Source: a virus
Lineage: Duplodnaviria; Caudoviricetes
IMG/VR virus record: IMGVR_UViG_3300022696_000140
Location: 1-55,693 of that record
Length of the DNA stretch: 55,693 nucleotides
Reading direction: 5' to 3' (one strand)
Positions 34,792 to 45,169 of this stretch are shown here, one piece after another. The notes below the pieces were generated by a model. It made no database searches. It had not been told where the DNA came from and saw nothing but the letters and a program-made list of their open reading frames with translations. Each line of letters begins with the position of its first letter. Within the stretch, counting starts at the first letter, position 1. A program made the position numbers and the translations under genes.

Positions 34792-35793
34792 CTACATTTT
34801 ATATTTTTTTTCAATGAGTTCACTTAGATTAGAATTTTGAATAACATATTTCCAAAATTCATCATCGAATGAACTATCTTTAACAAGAATCTCTCTCTCT
34901 TTAAATTTTATACTTTTACTTCTACCAATTCTACCATAGTCACACACTCCAAGTTCAACAGAAATCTCATCAAGGCCTGAGTACGGACGTATACCATCTT
35001 CCCATGTGACTTCAATAGGAATATTAGTTTTTTCTCTAACCTTTCTTGATTTATAAACATTTATTGAAAATTTATAACCAATGACTTCACCAGAATCTTT
35101 TGTTTGTTTTCTACCAATAAACCAAATATTATCTGAATTGTACTCTATTCCTGTACCACCGGACATTTTCTCTGTAGATATAAAAGTTTGTGTATCATAC
35201 GTATGGTTAATTACTAAAAATGGTAGGTCTAACATTTTAACTTTTGCTGTTATAATTCTAAATAATGATTTTATTTGTTTTGCTCTTGTCATATCTACTT
35301 TGTTTTCACCATCTCTTGCATCAGATATTTCTTTTTCAGATGCAGCATTACCAATCGAATCTATCATAAAAATTACTTTTGCAGAATCTTCATCTTCTAA
35401 TAAATCTAACTGAGAAACTACTTTGTGTTTAAGCTCCTCAACAGTAGAAAAAGGCACATGAATGACTCTACTCGTATCGATACCATATTTTTCAAAATAT
35501 TCATTAGGAGAGCCAAACTCATTATCGAAAAATACACAAACAGAATCCTCATGTTTTTTCAAATACTCTGAAACAAGAAATAAGCCATACATAGTTTTGA
35601 AATGTTTAGATTTTCCAGCTATAGTTAACATTCCACCACAAAGACCACCAGTCAGACTTCCAGAAAGAGCAACATTAATCATTGGAATTTTTGTACTAAC
35701 CATATCAGGCGTTCTTGAAAAAAATACTGATTTTTCTACAGTATTAACATTTTTAGATTTTGTTACTTTAATAAGCCTATCAATAATACTCAA
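34792..35793 (-). CDS. uvsX: RecA-like recombinase
   Basis: INVALSG, GKSKHFKT, DSIGN, DMTRAK, SGGTG. Confidence 0.96.
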   Translation of the reverse strand: MSIIDRLIKVTKSKNVNTVEKSVFFSRTPDMVSTKIPMINVALSGSLTGGLCGGMLTIAGKSKHFKTMYGLFLVSEYLKKHEDSVCVFFDNEFGSPNEYFEKYGIDTSRVIHVPFSTVEELKHKVVSQLDLLEDEDSAKVIFMIDSIGNAASEKEISDARDGENKVDMTRAKQIKSLFRIITAKVKMLDLPFLVINHTYDTQTFISTEKMSGGTGIEYNSDNIWFIGRKQTKDSGEVIGYKFSINVYKSRKVREKTNIPIEVTWEDGIRPYSGLDEISVELGVCDYGRIGRSKSIKFKEREILVKDSSFDDEFWKYVIQNSNLSELIEKKYKM

Positions 35794-35805
35794 TTCTAAC
35801 CTCCA

Positions 35806-38352
35806 TTAAAAAAATGTATCTTTTTTATTTATATTTAAATCGACATCTCCCCACCCAACAACATGAAAAACTCTTTCTATTATTTTTTCAAAAGTTCTCC
35901 CCCACTGTAAATCATAATCAATTTTAAAATATTTGTCAAATTCTTTAGGCCAAGTATTTATAAAACCAACAACTTTAGCTTGTATTTTATTATCATCATT
36001 GATAAAAACATATTTTATTTTTGTTCCATTCTTAACATCTTGATAAGGCAAATTATATTTCTTGATCATAAAATTATAATTTATAGCAGCTTTATTATAT
36101 ATTGGTGATCCTTTTTTAAACCTCAATCCATTTTCAACATACCAATCAAAACTCTCTGAGTATTTATCATAATCACTAATACCAACTGGTAGCCCAATCT
36201 CTGTTGCATCTTTTGTTAGGAATTCTTTTTTAATATTTCTAATTTCTTTAATTATTTTGTGTCTATCTTGATATTTAAAAATGTCATCTACAATCTTCTC
36301 TAATTTTTTTCTACAAAATAGAGGAGTGTCTGTTTTTTTGATCTCAGCGCCAGTGACACTAATTTTAGGTTTGTCTATATATAATTTCTTCTCATCAGCC
36401 ACCGCTTGAGTAATATACTTCTTTTTTGCCATTATTAACATATTAGATGCAATTTTTTCTCTTTTAAAATTTATTTTATTTTCAACATCATACCTCTCAA
36501 AATATTTATCCAACATCATATCCAAATATGGCTCAAGTTCATTTTCAACAAAATCATTAGACCATTCAAAAAAATCTTTATTATTTTTAAAACTCATTCC
36601 AATTTGTTCAAATGCATATTGAAGAGTAATATAACAAGAGTCTGTGTCAATAAGAATAACACTATCCTTATTTAATTTGAAATCGATATTTCTTTTTTTC
36701 CAAAATAAAACAGACATATAATGATTTAAACATTTTCTAAGAAATTTTATTAAATGTTGCCCACCAAGTGTGATAGCCATCGCATTTGTAATATTGAAAA
36801 AATGAAATTTCTCATTACATAAAACACCATATAAAGAGTTAATGAGAATTTTTCTAACCATCTGTTGATGTTTATAATAAACATCACTAAAATTTTCATT
36901 CTTGACTTCTTGTATTAATTTTTTATCGAAATCCTCTAAAGAATTATTTTTATCTAAACCATCTTTGATAAACATTTTTTCTTTATACATTTTTCTTTCA
37001 TTGAAAATGTACTCAACAATTTCTGATAATATACCCTTACCACGTTCATAATAAACATCCTCAATATCAAAATTTCCTTGTTCAGTTTTCCATATCTTCT
37101 TTTCTGATAAAGGCGTTTTGATATATCCTTCTTTATAACAATCTCTAATAGTTTCTGGGCCAATGTTATATTCCATAATCATATTAGGATATAGACTTTC
37201 AACATCAAAAGAAACACAATATTTAAAAAGCCCCTGATTGGCAAAAACAAAACCGCCGGGGTTGCTATGAGTTTTCTTTATGTTTTTCTTCTTTGGTAGA
37301 ACTATATCTTTTCGATGTAAAAAATTTAAAACATATCCCAACAAAGTGACCATAGTACCAAAAATACTATCAAAAGGTGTTAAAGATTCATAACATAAAG
37401 TAACCGCAAGTTCAATAAATTTTAATTTATTCTCTAACTTATCAATCAATAAAACATCTTGAATATTATATTCTACAAAAGAATCCCAATCATGATTATA
37501 TACATCGTTTATTGTTCCTTCATAATCTAACTTGCCTTCACCGAGTTCATCTTCAGCAATAAATTGCAAAGAATATCTTTCCTTTGGTTCAAAAGTAAAT
37601 CTTTTATATAATTTTTGATAATCTAATATACTAACCCCTGGTATGGAAAACTCTTTTGTTCTTTCGTTATATTTCTCAAAACCTAACGGAGAAAAACTAT
37701 ATTCCTTAGAATCTATTTTTAAAAAATTTCTACGTCTTATAATATAAGGAATATCAAATCCATGAATATACCATCCAGTCAAAATGTCAATCTTAGCTTT
37801 TTTGATAATAGTGAAAAACTTCTCAAGCAATTTTTTTTCATCTGGTATGTGATAATAGAAATCTGGCTTTATAACATTGCCACTTTTATCTTTTTGCCCA
37901 GTAGTTTTATATGGCCTATTACCAAGAGTGATAACTTTATTTTGCTTTGTTAATTTTATTGTTATTAAATTTATAGGAAAACGAACTTCTTCTGGATCTG
38001 GAAATTGGGTAGATTCACATTCGATGTCAATATTACAAATATTTATTTTGCTAATATCCACACCAAAATCTTTTCCACCATATTTTTGCTGTAAGTATTT
38101 TATATCAGGTTTAAGGTCGGATTCGGCATATTCAATTTTACTATTTTTTATTTCATTTATTTTATATAAATCTTTAGTTGTTCTTTTTGATTTACGATTT
38201 CCATATATATCTTTATAATCACCATCAGAATCATCAACATAATAATCAAATTCCAATTTCTCTTTTATAAAATTTCTATTGTTAGTATCTTTATTTATAT
38301 ACCAATGATATATATGATTAGTCTTATAATCATAATAAGTGTTAATAAACAT
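35806..38352 (-). CDS. 43: Family B DNA polymerase (gp43)
   Basis: DIE, YNIQD, SFDVESLYP, KILINSLYG, DTDS, KKKY. Confidence 0.97.
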   Translation of the reverse strand: MFINTYYDYKTNHIYHWYINKDTNNRNFIKEKLEFDYYVDDSDGDYKDIYGNRKSKRTTKDLYKINEIKNSKIEYAESDLKPDIKYLQQKYGGKDFGVDISKINICNIDIECESTQFPDPEEVRFPINLITIKLTKQNKVITLGNRPYKTTGQKDKSGNVIKPDFYYHIPDEKKLLEKFFTIIKKAKIDILTGWYIHGFDIPYIIRRRNFLKIDSKEYSFSPLGFEKYNERTKEFSIPGVSILDYQKLYKRFTFEPKERYSLQFIAEDELGEGKLDYEGTINDVYNHDWDSFVEYNIQDVLLIDKLENKLKFIELAVTLCYESLTPFDSIFGTMVTLLGYVLNFLHRKDIVLPKKKNIKKTHSNPGGFVFANQGLFKYCVSFDVESLYPNMIMEYNIGPETIRDCYKEGYIKTPLSEKKIWKTEQGNFDIEDVYYERGKGILSEIVEYIFNERKMYKEKMFIKDGLDKNNSLEDFDKKLIQEVKNENFSDVYYKHQQMVRKILINSLYGVLCNEKFHFFNITNAMAITLGGQHLIKFLRKCLNHYMSVLFWKKRNIDFKLNKDSVILIDTDSCYITLQYAFEQIGMSFKNNKDFFEWSNDFVENELEPYLDMMLDKYFERYDVENKINFKREKIASNMLIMAKKKYITQAVADEKKLYIDKPKISVTGAEIKKTDTPLFCRKKLEKIVDDIFKYQDRHKIIKEIRNIKKEFLTKDATEIGLPVGISDYDKYSESFDWYVENGLRFKKGSPIYNKAAINYNFMIKKYNLPYQDVKNGTKIKYVFINDDNKIQAKVVGFINTWPKEFDKYFKIDYDLQWGRTFEKIIERVFHVVGWGDVDLNINKKDTFF

Positions 38353-38363
38353 AAAAAACCTTT

Positions 38364-39566
38364 TTAATTGAACATGTATTTTATAAATTTTTCAATATAG
38401 ATGTTAGACTCTAAATACCATCCATTGTCATCTAATTGCTCATACTGCTTTTGAATAACCTCATTAAATCTATCAGGCTCACACAATTCTCTAAGAATCA
38501 AATCATCTAATTGTTCAATGGTAACATCATCAGGAACGTTAATAATATTTTTATCATATGGACTTGGAAAATCACATTTAAAATATGTTCCGATACCAAT
38601 AGAACCGCTTGCACAAGCCTCTTGATATTTTATTTCTGATTTAGAAAAATTGAAATGGTTTCTAACAAGAGGAGCAATGTTGAAATGTGCTCCATAATTT
38701 AAAACAGGTTGATGATAGTGTAAAGTATCTACCCATTTCATATATTTTATTTTGTCTTTAATTTCTTCAAAAAAGAATGGAAGTCCGCCCATACAGAAAA
38801 AATCTATTTTATCATCTTTAACATTTTTTATAACCCACTCTAACCAATCACCACTTTCCCAGTCACCCTTCAATTTTCTACGTTGGCAATAATGGGTCGG
38901 CGATCCAGTGTAAATAACTTTTGGTTTTTCTATCCTACTAACAATAGGTTGTCTTTTTCTATTTCCCCATAGATATTTAGGAATACTATTATTTAAAACT
39001 TCAATAGGAACGTCTATTTTTTTAGATAGAAAACTTTTCAAATATTCAGAACTAACAACAACAGTATCCATCATTTTCATTATTTCAATTGATGAATCTC
39101 CAACACTGCTTTTAATGTTCATAGAAGCAGGATTGTATGTTGGCAGGCCCTCATAGCTATCAGGGCTTTTCCAAATCCAATCATCTATATCATACACCAT
39201 TTTATAGCCTAACTGTGTTTGTGCCTTCTTATATTGAGCTATAGTGTCAATCTTATCACTATCCATAACTCTCTGAAAAAACAAAGATTTTGCTCTAATC
39301 AATATTTCTTTTTGTGTTATGAAAAAAGGAGCAATAAAAGGAATCATTTTCTTTTGTTTAGCAAACACAGCATTCATGTAAGTTAGTGGTAAAATATTTC
39401 TTATGTGCCCACAACCACTCGGATCACTAACAAAAGAAACAAAAACATTTTTTAAAATGGGATGTAAATTTTTAGATGATTGTGTTGATGATTTTATATC
39501 TCTATTTGGATTGTCTAATTGTTTTTGAAAAACATCCATATTAGATGTTGGTATATTATTTTCCAT
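38364..39566 (-). CDS. Glycosyltransferase (GT-B-like)
   Basis: SGCGHIR, YDIDD, APL...FN..KSEIKYQE. Confidence 0.75.
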   Translation of the reverse strand: MENNIPTSNMDVFQKQLDNPNRDIKSSTQSSKNLHPILKNVFVSFVSDPSGCGHIRNILPLTYMNAVFAKQKKMIPFIAPFFITQKEILIRAKSLFFQRVMDSDKIDTIAQYKKAQTQLGYKMVYDIDDWIWKSPDSYEGLPTYNPASMNIKSSVGDSSIEIMKMMDTVVVSSEYLKSFLSKKIDVPIEVLNNSIPKYLWGNRKRQPIVSRIEKPKVIYTGSPTHYCQRRKLKGDWESGDWLEWVIKNVKDDKIDFFCMGGLPFFFEEIKDKIKYMKWVDTLHYHQPVLNYGAHFNIAPLVRNHFNFSKSEIKYQEACASGSIGIGTYFKCDFPSPYDKNIINVPDDVTIEQLDDLILRELCEPDRFNEVIQKQYEQLDDNGWYLESNIYIEKFIKYMFN

Positions 39567-39569
39567 ATA

Positions 39570-40631
39570 TCAATTTCCTTTATTTTCTTCATATTTTTCC
39601 AATAGATATTTTTGTACTTCATCTTTGTTAGAAATTTCTAATTCAGATACGTATTCTCTCAACAACACACCAATATCATTTATATTAACATCATCAATAT
39701 TACTTTCTAACGTAGAATCCTTTTCATTATTTATACTAACATTTATTGGAAATAATGGATTATAACTATTCAATTTCTCAATATATTTATTTATTTCTTT
39801 ATTCTTTTTTGAATCGTATTCATCATCAATTGTTATAACTAAATCAACATGATTATTTTTGATATCTTCTTCTTTTGGAATGTTAGGATATTCAACAACA
39901 ATATGCTTCATTGTTTTTTGTGAATTTATAAATTCATATTCTAAAGTATTGGTATCTAAAACACAAAAACCTTTTTCACTATAAGAATCTGATCTTGTCA
40001 TTTCATAAGGTGAACCCACATAAATAATTTCTGAGTTATTTATTTTTCTAACATTCCTAAGATGAAAATGTCCAGTAAAGGTTTTTACATAATTGTTATA
40101 AAACAGTTTACTATTAAAACCATTATCACATATTTTTTTATTGTTTAAAGCAAAACCATTAATTTCAAAGTGTCCAAAACACACATCACACTCAATGTTC
40201 TTGTTAGCAACACGTTTTCTAAAATCTTCTCTATCTACAATCCAAGGAACAAATAAAAACTTCTTACCATTATCATCTATCAACTCAATATCTTCAAAAA
40301 CTCTTATGTTAGAGAATTTTTTTAAAAATTTTATTGAGTGTGTTCCCAAACTATTTGAGTAGTATATGTCATGATTACCAAGCAAAACATATATATTAAA
40401 CAATTCGTTCATTGTATCAAAAAGCTCATACACTTTATTTAGAACATAACTGTTTAAACTATTTCTATTATCAAAAACATCTCCAAGAATAACAACATCA
40501 GAAATATCATTATCTTTACAATATGGAATAAACTCATCATAATAAAATTTGAGCTGGTTTTCTAAAAATGTTTTATTTGATTTTTTAACACCAAAATGTA
40601 AATCTGCTAACAAAGCTATTTTATTCTTCAT
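39570..40631 (-). CDS. 47: Mre11/SbcD-like recombination nuclease (gp47)
   Basis: ADLHFG, GDVFDNR, GNHD, GHFH. Confidence 0.95.
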   Translation of the reverse strand: MKNKIALLADLHFGVKKSNKTFLENQLKFYYDEFIPYCKDNDISDVVILGDVFDNRNSLNSYVLNKVYELFDTMNELFNIYVLLGNHDIYYSNSLGTHSIKFLKKFSNIRVFEDIELIDDNGKKFLFVPWIVDREDFRKRVANKNIECDVCFGHFEINGFALNNKKICDNGFNSKLFYNNYVKTFTGHFHLRNVRKINNSEIIYVGSPYEMTRSDSYSEKGFCVLDTNTLEYEFINSQKTMKHIVVEYPNIPKEEDIKNNHVDLVITIDDEYDSKKNKEINKYIEKLNSYNPLFPINVSINNEKDSTLESNIDDVNINDIGVLLREYVSELEISNKDEVQKYLLEKYEENKGN

Positions 40632-41007
40632 CCATACCCTCAATATCATCCACCTCAATAGAATCATTAAAATCTAATGAAGTATATCTTTTTATTAAAA
40701 TGTTTTGTTTGTTTAGATATTTATATATTTCATTTTTTGTTATTGTGGTAAAATATGATAATGGATTTTTATGCTCATCTACATCATATTTGTCAATAGC
40801 TTTTACCATATAATATAAACAAGAGCTTTCCATTTCATCTTTTCTATCAGAACTGTACTGTATCAAATTGGGATTTTTTAAATAGTTTCTAACAATTAAA
40901 ATAAATTTCTTACCAATTCTCTCATATGCCTTTTTGTTACCATTTTTTTTATATTCAACAATATCTACATAAAAATTTTTATTATTTATATAATTTTTTT
41001 TTGTCAT
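40621..41007 (-). CDS. 55: Late-transcription sigma factor (gp55)
   Basis: NYINNK, IGKKF, NPLSYFT. Confidence 0.88.
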   Translation of the reverse strand: MTKKNYINNKNFYVDIVEYKKNGNKKAYERIGKKFILIVRNYLKNPNLIQYSSDRKDEMESSCLYYMVKAIDKYDVDEHKNPLSYFTTITKNEIYKYLNKQNILIKRYTSLDFNDSIEVDDIEGMDEE

Positions 41008-41082
41008 AAAGTGATATACCTTTTTTAAAAACTAACGCAATGTTTAATATAGCATTTTATTTTATATTAATCAATATATAAT

Positions 41083-42852
41083 TTATTCCTTTTCAATAAA
41101 ACTAAAAGAACCTTCGTTTTTTATAGTTAACTGTTTATTGAATCCTATATAATTTTGAAATCTATGGCTAATCATATACATGCACATTTCATCATTAGTA
41201 TCAGAAATATTTTTAATAGAATCAAGAATTTGATCTAACCCCTCTTCATCAACCTGACCTTCAAGAAGTTCATCAAAAATAATTAAATTTGTTTTAAAGT
41301 TAGATATTAGTTTTAAAATATCTATAAAACTAAGAACTATAGATATGTCGATTCTTTTCTTTTCTCCCTCAGAATGAGAAAAATAAGATATTTTAGAATC
41401 AACTCTTTTTACGTTAATTATTTCTTCTGTTAAATTTTTTGTTATTTCTATATATATCGGTAATTCAAATTGTTTTAAATAATCATTTATTCTTTTATTT
41501 AAAATTGGCAATAACTTATCAAACACATAAGCCTTAATACCACCATCGCTCAATATATTTTTACTATTCATCAATATTGATAAATTTTTTTCAATTTTTG
41601 ATAAAATTTCTTGTGAGGTGTTATATTCTTTTAAAGATTCATTATATTTATCTTCAAAACTTTTTATTTGTGAATCAAAAGATTCTTGATTTTTTATATT
41701 GTTTATCGAATCTAATTTATATAAAATATCTTTTTCAATCAAAGATATTTCATTTCTTTTTTCAATAAGCTCTCTATTAAATCTCTGAAACTCCAACAAC
41801 TTTCTGTCTAATTTATCTAACACGTTAGAGTTTTTATTTTTATACTCTTTCAATTTCTCATTTTTATGTTCTAACTCAACAATGTTTTTATTAGATTCCT
41901 CTATAATACTATTTCTATTTTCTTTGTCTAACTCAGTGCCACATGTAGGACAATTCACATTATCCACATAAAATTTAGAATCTTTTTTGATTTTTTTGAT
42001 GGAGTTATCATTTAAATATATTTTATTATCTATTTTTCTAATCTTATCATCACACTCTTTTCTTTTAGCTCTTATCTCTTCTTCTTTTTCTTTATTATTA
42101 TTTTTATTTAATAAATTATATTCATTATTTTTTTCCTCTTTTTTAGCTTTGAGTACATCAACCTCTTCTTCAATTTTTTTAATTTTTATTTCATTATTGT
42201 TTTTATATTCTTCTTGTTTCTTTTTAAATAAGAATAATTGATCTCCAGCATCTTTAACATTTTTATATTGAACTGCATTACTATTTTCCTGAACGTCTTT
42301 TTCAATCTTTTTGTTAGAAATATCCTGCTTTATGCTTTTAAGCATATCACTAAAAACACCTATATTGAATATGGTCTCTATAACATCTCTCTTCTCAGCC
42401 AAATCCATAGCCAAATACGGTTTGTTATGATTCACAGCAAGAACAATAACCAATTTAAAAATGTTGTATGTAACACCAATTATTTTTTCTATCTCATCTT
42501 GAATTAATTTTTTTGAAGATAGAAGCTCCATCTCTTCACCATTTTTATATATTTTTAAAAGGTCTGGTTTTAACCCTCTTTCAATTATATACTCTTCCAC
42601 GCCATTAATAACAAACTCACACTTACAATACATATTCTTTTTGTTAGTTCTATTTATGAGTTCACTTATTTTTATTTTTCGATATGGTTTACCAAAAAGA
42701 ACAAATGTCAATGTGTCTAACAAACATGCGGATTTTCCACTACCATTTTTACCAACAATTAAATTCATTCCATGATTAAATTCTATTTTTTGGGGAGTGT
42801 TGCCATATGAAAGAAAATTTTTAAATTCTATACTCTTAAACTCTAAATACAT
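41083..42852 (-). CDS. 46: Rad50/SbcC-like recombination ATPase (gp46)
   Basis: KNFLSYGN, GKNGSGKS, CPTC hook, SEGEKKRID, FDE. Confidence 0.96.
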   Translation of the reverse strand: MYLEFKSIEFKNFLSYGNTPQKIEFNHGMNLIVGKNGSGKSACLLDTLTFVLFGKPYRKIKISELINRTNKKNMYCKCEFVINGVEEYIIERGLKPDLLKIYKNGEEMELLSSKKLIQDEIEKIIGVTYNIFKLVIVLAVNHNKPYLAMDLAEKRDVIETIFNIGVFSDMLKSIKQDISNKKIEKDVQENSNAVQYKNVKDAGDQLFLFKKKQEEYKNNNEIKIKKIEEEVDVLKAKKEEKNNEYNLLNKNNNKEKEEEIRAKRKECDDKIRKIDNKIYLNDNSIKKIKKDSKFYVDNVNCPTCGTELDKENRNSIIEESNKNIVELEHKNEKLKEYKNKNSNVLDKLDRKLLEFQRFNRELIEKRNEISLIEKDILYKLDSINNIKNQESFDSQIKSFEDKYNESLKEYNTSQEILSKIEKNLSILMNSKNILSDGGIKAYVFDKLLPILNKRINDYLKQFELPIYIEITKNLTEEIINVKRVDSKISYFSHSEGEKKRIDISIVLSFIDILKLISNFKTNLIIFDELLEGQVDEEGLDQILDSIKNISDTNDEMCMYMISHRFQNYIGFNKQLTIKNEGSFSFIEKE

Positions 42853-42883
42853 AGGTTTCCTTTTTCTTAAAATAATATTAGAT

Positions 42884-42891
42884 TATAAATA
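42884..42891 (+). promoter_or_regulatory. T4-type late promoter
   Basis: TATAAATA upstream of uvsY. Confidence 0.65.
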
Positions 42892-42931
42892 TCTATAATA
42901 ATACTTTGTTTTAAAAAAGGCAATATATAAC

Positions 42932-43321
42932 ATGGATTTGAAAAAACAAATTGAAGAAGATTTGGAGATCACAGAGAAAAATCTACTCTCTAAAAATTTT
43001 GAAATAACCAGACTATTCAACAAATACAATTTAATGTATATAAGCATTCTAAAAAAATATAAGAAAATCAAAAATGAATTGAATTTATTATATAAACAGA
43101 AATACCATTACTATAAATTTGATTTTAATTATGGGTTGAGTTCTAAGGCGGAGATTGACTTATATGTTAAGGGAGATAATGATTATATAAAAAAATCTGA
43201 TATTGTTGATGATTGTTATATAAAATTAAAAATGATTGAAAATACTTTAGAGGAAATAAAAAATGTTCGATACCATGTATCGAACATTATTAAAATAAAA
43301 ACTTTTATGAGTGGTGATTAA
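42932..43321 (+). CDS. uvsY: Recombination mediator
   Basis: 129 aa helical protein; KYHYY, EIDLYVKGD, V.NIIK..F.SG. Confidence 0.82.
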   Translation: MDLKKQIEEDLEITEKNLLSKNFEITRLFNKYNLMYISILKKYKKIKNELNLLYKQKYHYYKFDFNYGLSSKAEIDLYVKGDNDYIKKSDIVDDCYIKLKMIENTLEEIKNVRYHVSNIIKIKTFMSGD

Positions 43322-43671
43322 TATGGTAGAATTGCGTCAACATGCCATTCATCAAGATTCAATTCTTCAATAACTTTATCGATTTTGGCAATTTTGCTTT
43401 TCACTTTCCATTCAATAAAATTTTTGCATTCTTGAATGGAAGACAGTAACAGCAAAAGATTAATTGAAATTTTATTGCACTCATGTTTGCTCTCAGTCTC
43501 CCATAAGACAATATTTCTATTTGCATCAACATTGTTCAATTGAATTAAAATAGAATCCTCATAATTTTCTCTTTCAATGATAAACTGAATACCATTGATG
43601 ATCGGTGATTCAAAATATATAAATCCTTTTGAATTTGATTTGAGACATTTTTTTAATGATGAAATTTTCAT
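43318..43671 (-). CDS. Hypothetical protein
   Basis: ORF with AAGGA RBS. Confidence 0.7.
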   Translation of the reverse strand: MKISSLKKCLKSNSKGFIYFESPIINGIQFIIERENYEDSILIQLNNVDANRNIVLWETESKHECNKISINLLLLLSSIQECKNFIEWKVKSKIAKIDKVIEELNLDEWHVDAILPY

Positions 43672-43698
43672 GATAGATTTTTCCTTTTTTGGTTTAAG

Positions 43699-43980
43699 TT
43701 ACCACTCAAATTTTTGTTTAGCTCTACCAGGAAGATACCCAATCTGACGTCCTTCACCTATATACAGGATTGCGCACCCTTGTATATATTCTTCACAATA
43801 ATCATCAACACCATCCCATACATCAGCAGCAAGAGATTTTTCAACTTCACCAATAGCAACAACACTCGCAATCGTATTTTCAAACGGCCAATTTGGTTGG
43901 GTTGCTAATCTTACTTCAGTCTCATCACCATGAGACTCTGCGAACTCCTCAAGTGTTTCGATAAGTTCTCTTACATTCAT
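43699..43980 (-). CDS. Hypothetical phage early protein
   Basis: MNVRELIE.LE...EVRLATQPNWPF...EG.QIGY; behind cassette 6. Confidence 0.8.
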   Translation of the reverse strand: MNVRELIETLEEFAESHGDETEVRLATQPNWPFENTIASVVAIGEVEKSLAADVWDGVDDYCEEYIQGCAILYIGEGRQIGYLPGRAKQKFEW

Positions 43981-44090
43981 TTCTCATCTCCTTTTTTTGG
44001 TTTTGTGGTTGAGGCCCCTTGCCTCAACCTCTACTAATAATATATATAATGGCACTGACGTGCGCAAGTATTATTTATGTAAATAATAAA
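43981..44090 (-). promoter_or_regulatory. Promoter + stem-loop cassette copy 6
   Basis: TTGCGC-17-TATATT, identical hairpin, AAGGAGATG leader. Confidence 0.85.
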
Positions 44091-44294
44091 AAAATTCATC
44101 AAATTTGAGCCATTTTGGGCAATTTTAAAGAAAAAATAAAAAAATTGAAATAAAAAACATCTTTTTTCGCTCAAAAACGTAAATATTTGTTCTCATTAGT
44201 AAAGAAAAAATAGTATAATTTGTTTCTATTTATAGAAAACATTAAAATGATTATATCGTTAAACGCTTTTTTCTGATAAAATTATAAATAAATC

Positions 44295-44705
44295 TAAAGA
44301 AGCATAATACATCTCATCCGTATAGTGAGTTGAAACGTACTCATATCACATCAAATTTTTAGGTTTGGTGTAGATAAAAATAGCACCGGATGATAGTCGT
44401 TTGGGTAGTAGACTAACAAAACATACCCACGATACCGAAGATGGAGTCGTCTGAGATAAGTATGGCCATCGAAGGGGTAGTCGATTTAATCATGGTGTAT
44501 TCTATGGTTAATAATGCCGTTGTTAGAGTGATATTGCGTGACTTTGTATGTCCAATTCCTCTGTGGGGGCATTCCTCTCTCTCAATTCCAAATCCCAATT
44601 TAGAGAAGCATTGTACAGGACAACCGACCAATGTAAAAAGAATGTATATATCCATTCCCCCATCCCACACGTTAGTTTTTAAAAAATTCTAACAGTGGGT
44701 GGGTA
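44295..44705 (+). ncRNA. Candidate structured non-coding RNA
   Basis: GC-richer island with nested stems downstream of TATAAATA (44283-44290); no convincing ORF. Confidence 0.4.
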
Positions 44706-45117
44706 GAACTATATCCAAATCTTTATATTATATATTTCAATATATTAATTTATAATAATTTAATCTTTTAAAGATTTTAAAAAATTCATGATAATCAGGA
44801 TGTTGAGTATTTTAAAGAATTGAAGAAGTTAATATATACATTAAATTTTCAATCTGCTTTTTAAAGCTACATATAAAAACTCATGTTAACACATTTACCA
44901 TATAAAATAAAAAAAATAAAATTAAAAGTACATCACCATCGCTACCAAACGCAGTTTGGTTAGATGGTGATTTTCGACCTTTGGTCGAAAAAATCTTCTT
45001 TTTTCTTTTTTTAAGGATTGAAGATATTAACTTCTTCAATCGATTGAAGTTCATGAAAACCTATGGCGGGTACCCTATCGGGGAAATTATATCCAAAAAT
45101 AACAGCACATTTCATAT

Positions 45118-45125
45118 TATAAATA
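45118..45125 (+). promoter_or_regulatory. T4-type late promoter
   Basis: TATAAATA upstream of uvsW. Confidence 0.65.
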
Positions 45126-45169
45126 CTTATATCTACATTTAATCTTTAAATTGACACTGAAATTTTATT

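Noticed and set aside
24437-38352. Introns or inteins in RNR, helicase or polymerase
   Set aside because: All are continuous and of ordinary length, with no intein or homing-endonuclease motifs seen
44413-44692. Overlapping 85 aa (-) and 83 aa (+) ORFs
   Set aside because: No RBS, atypical composition and mutual overlap; the region looks more like structured non-coding sequence
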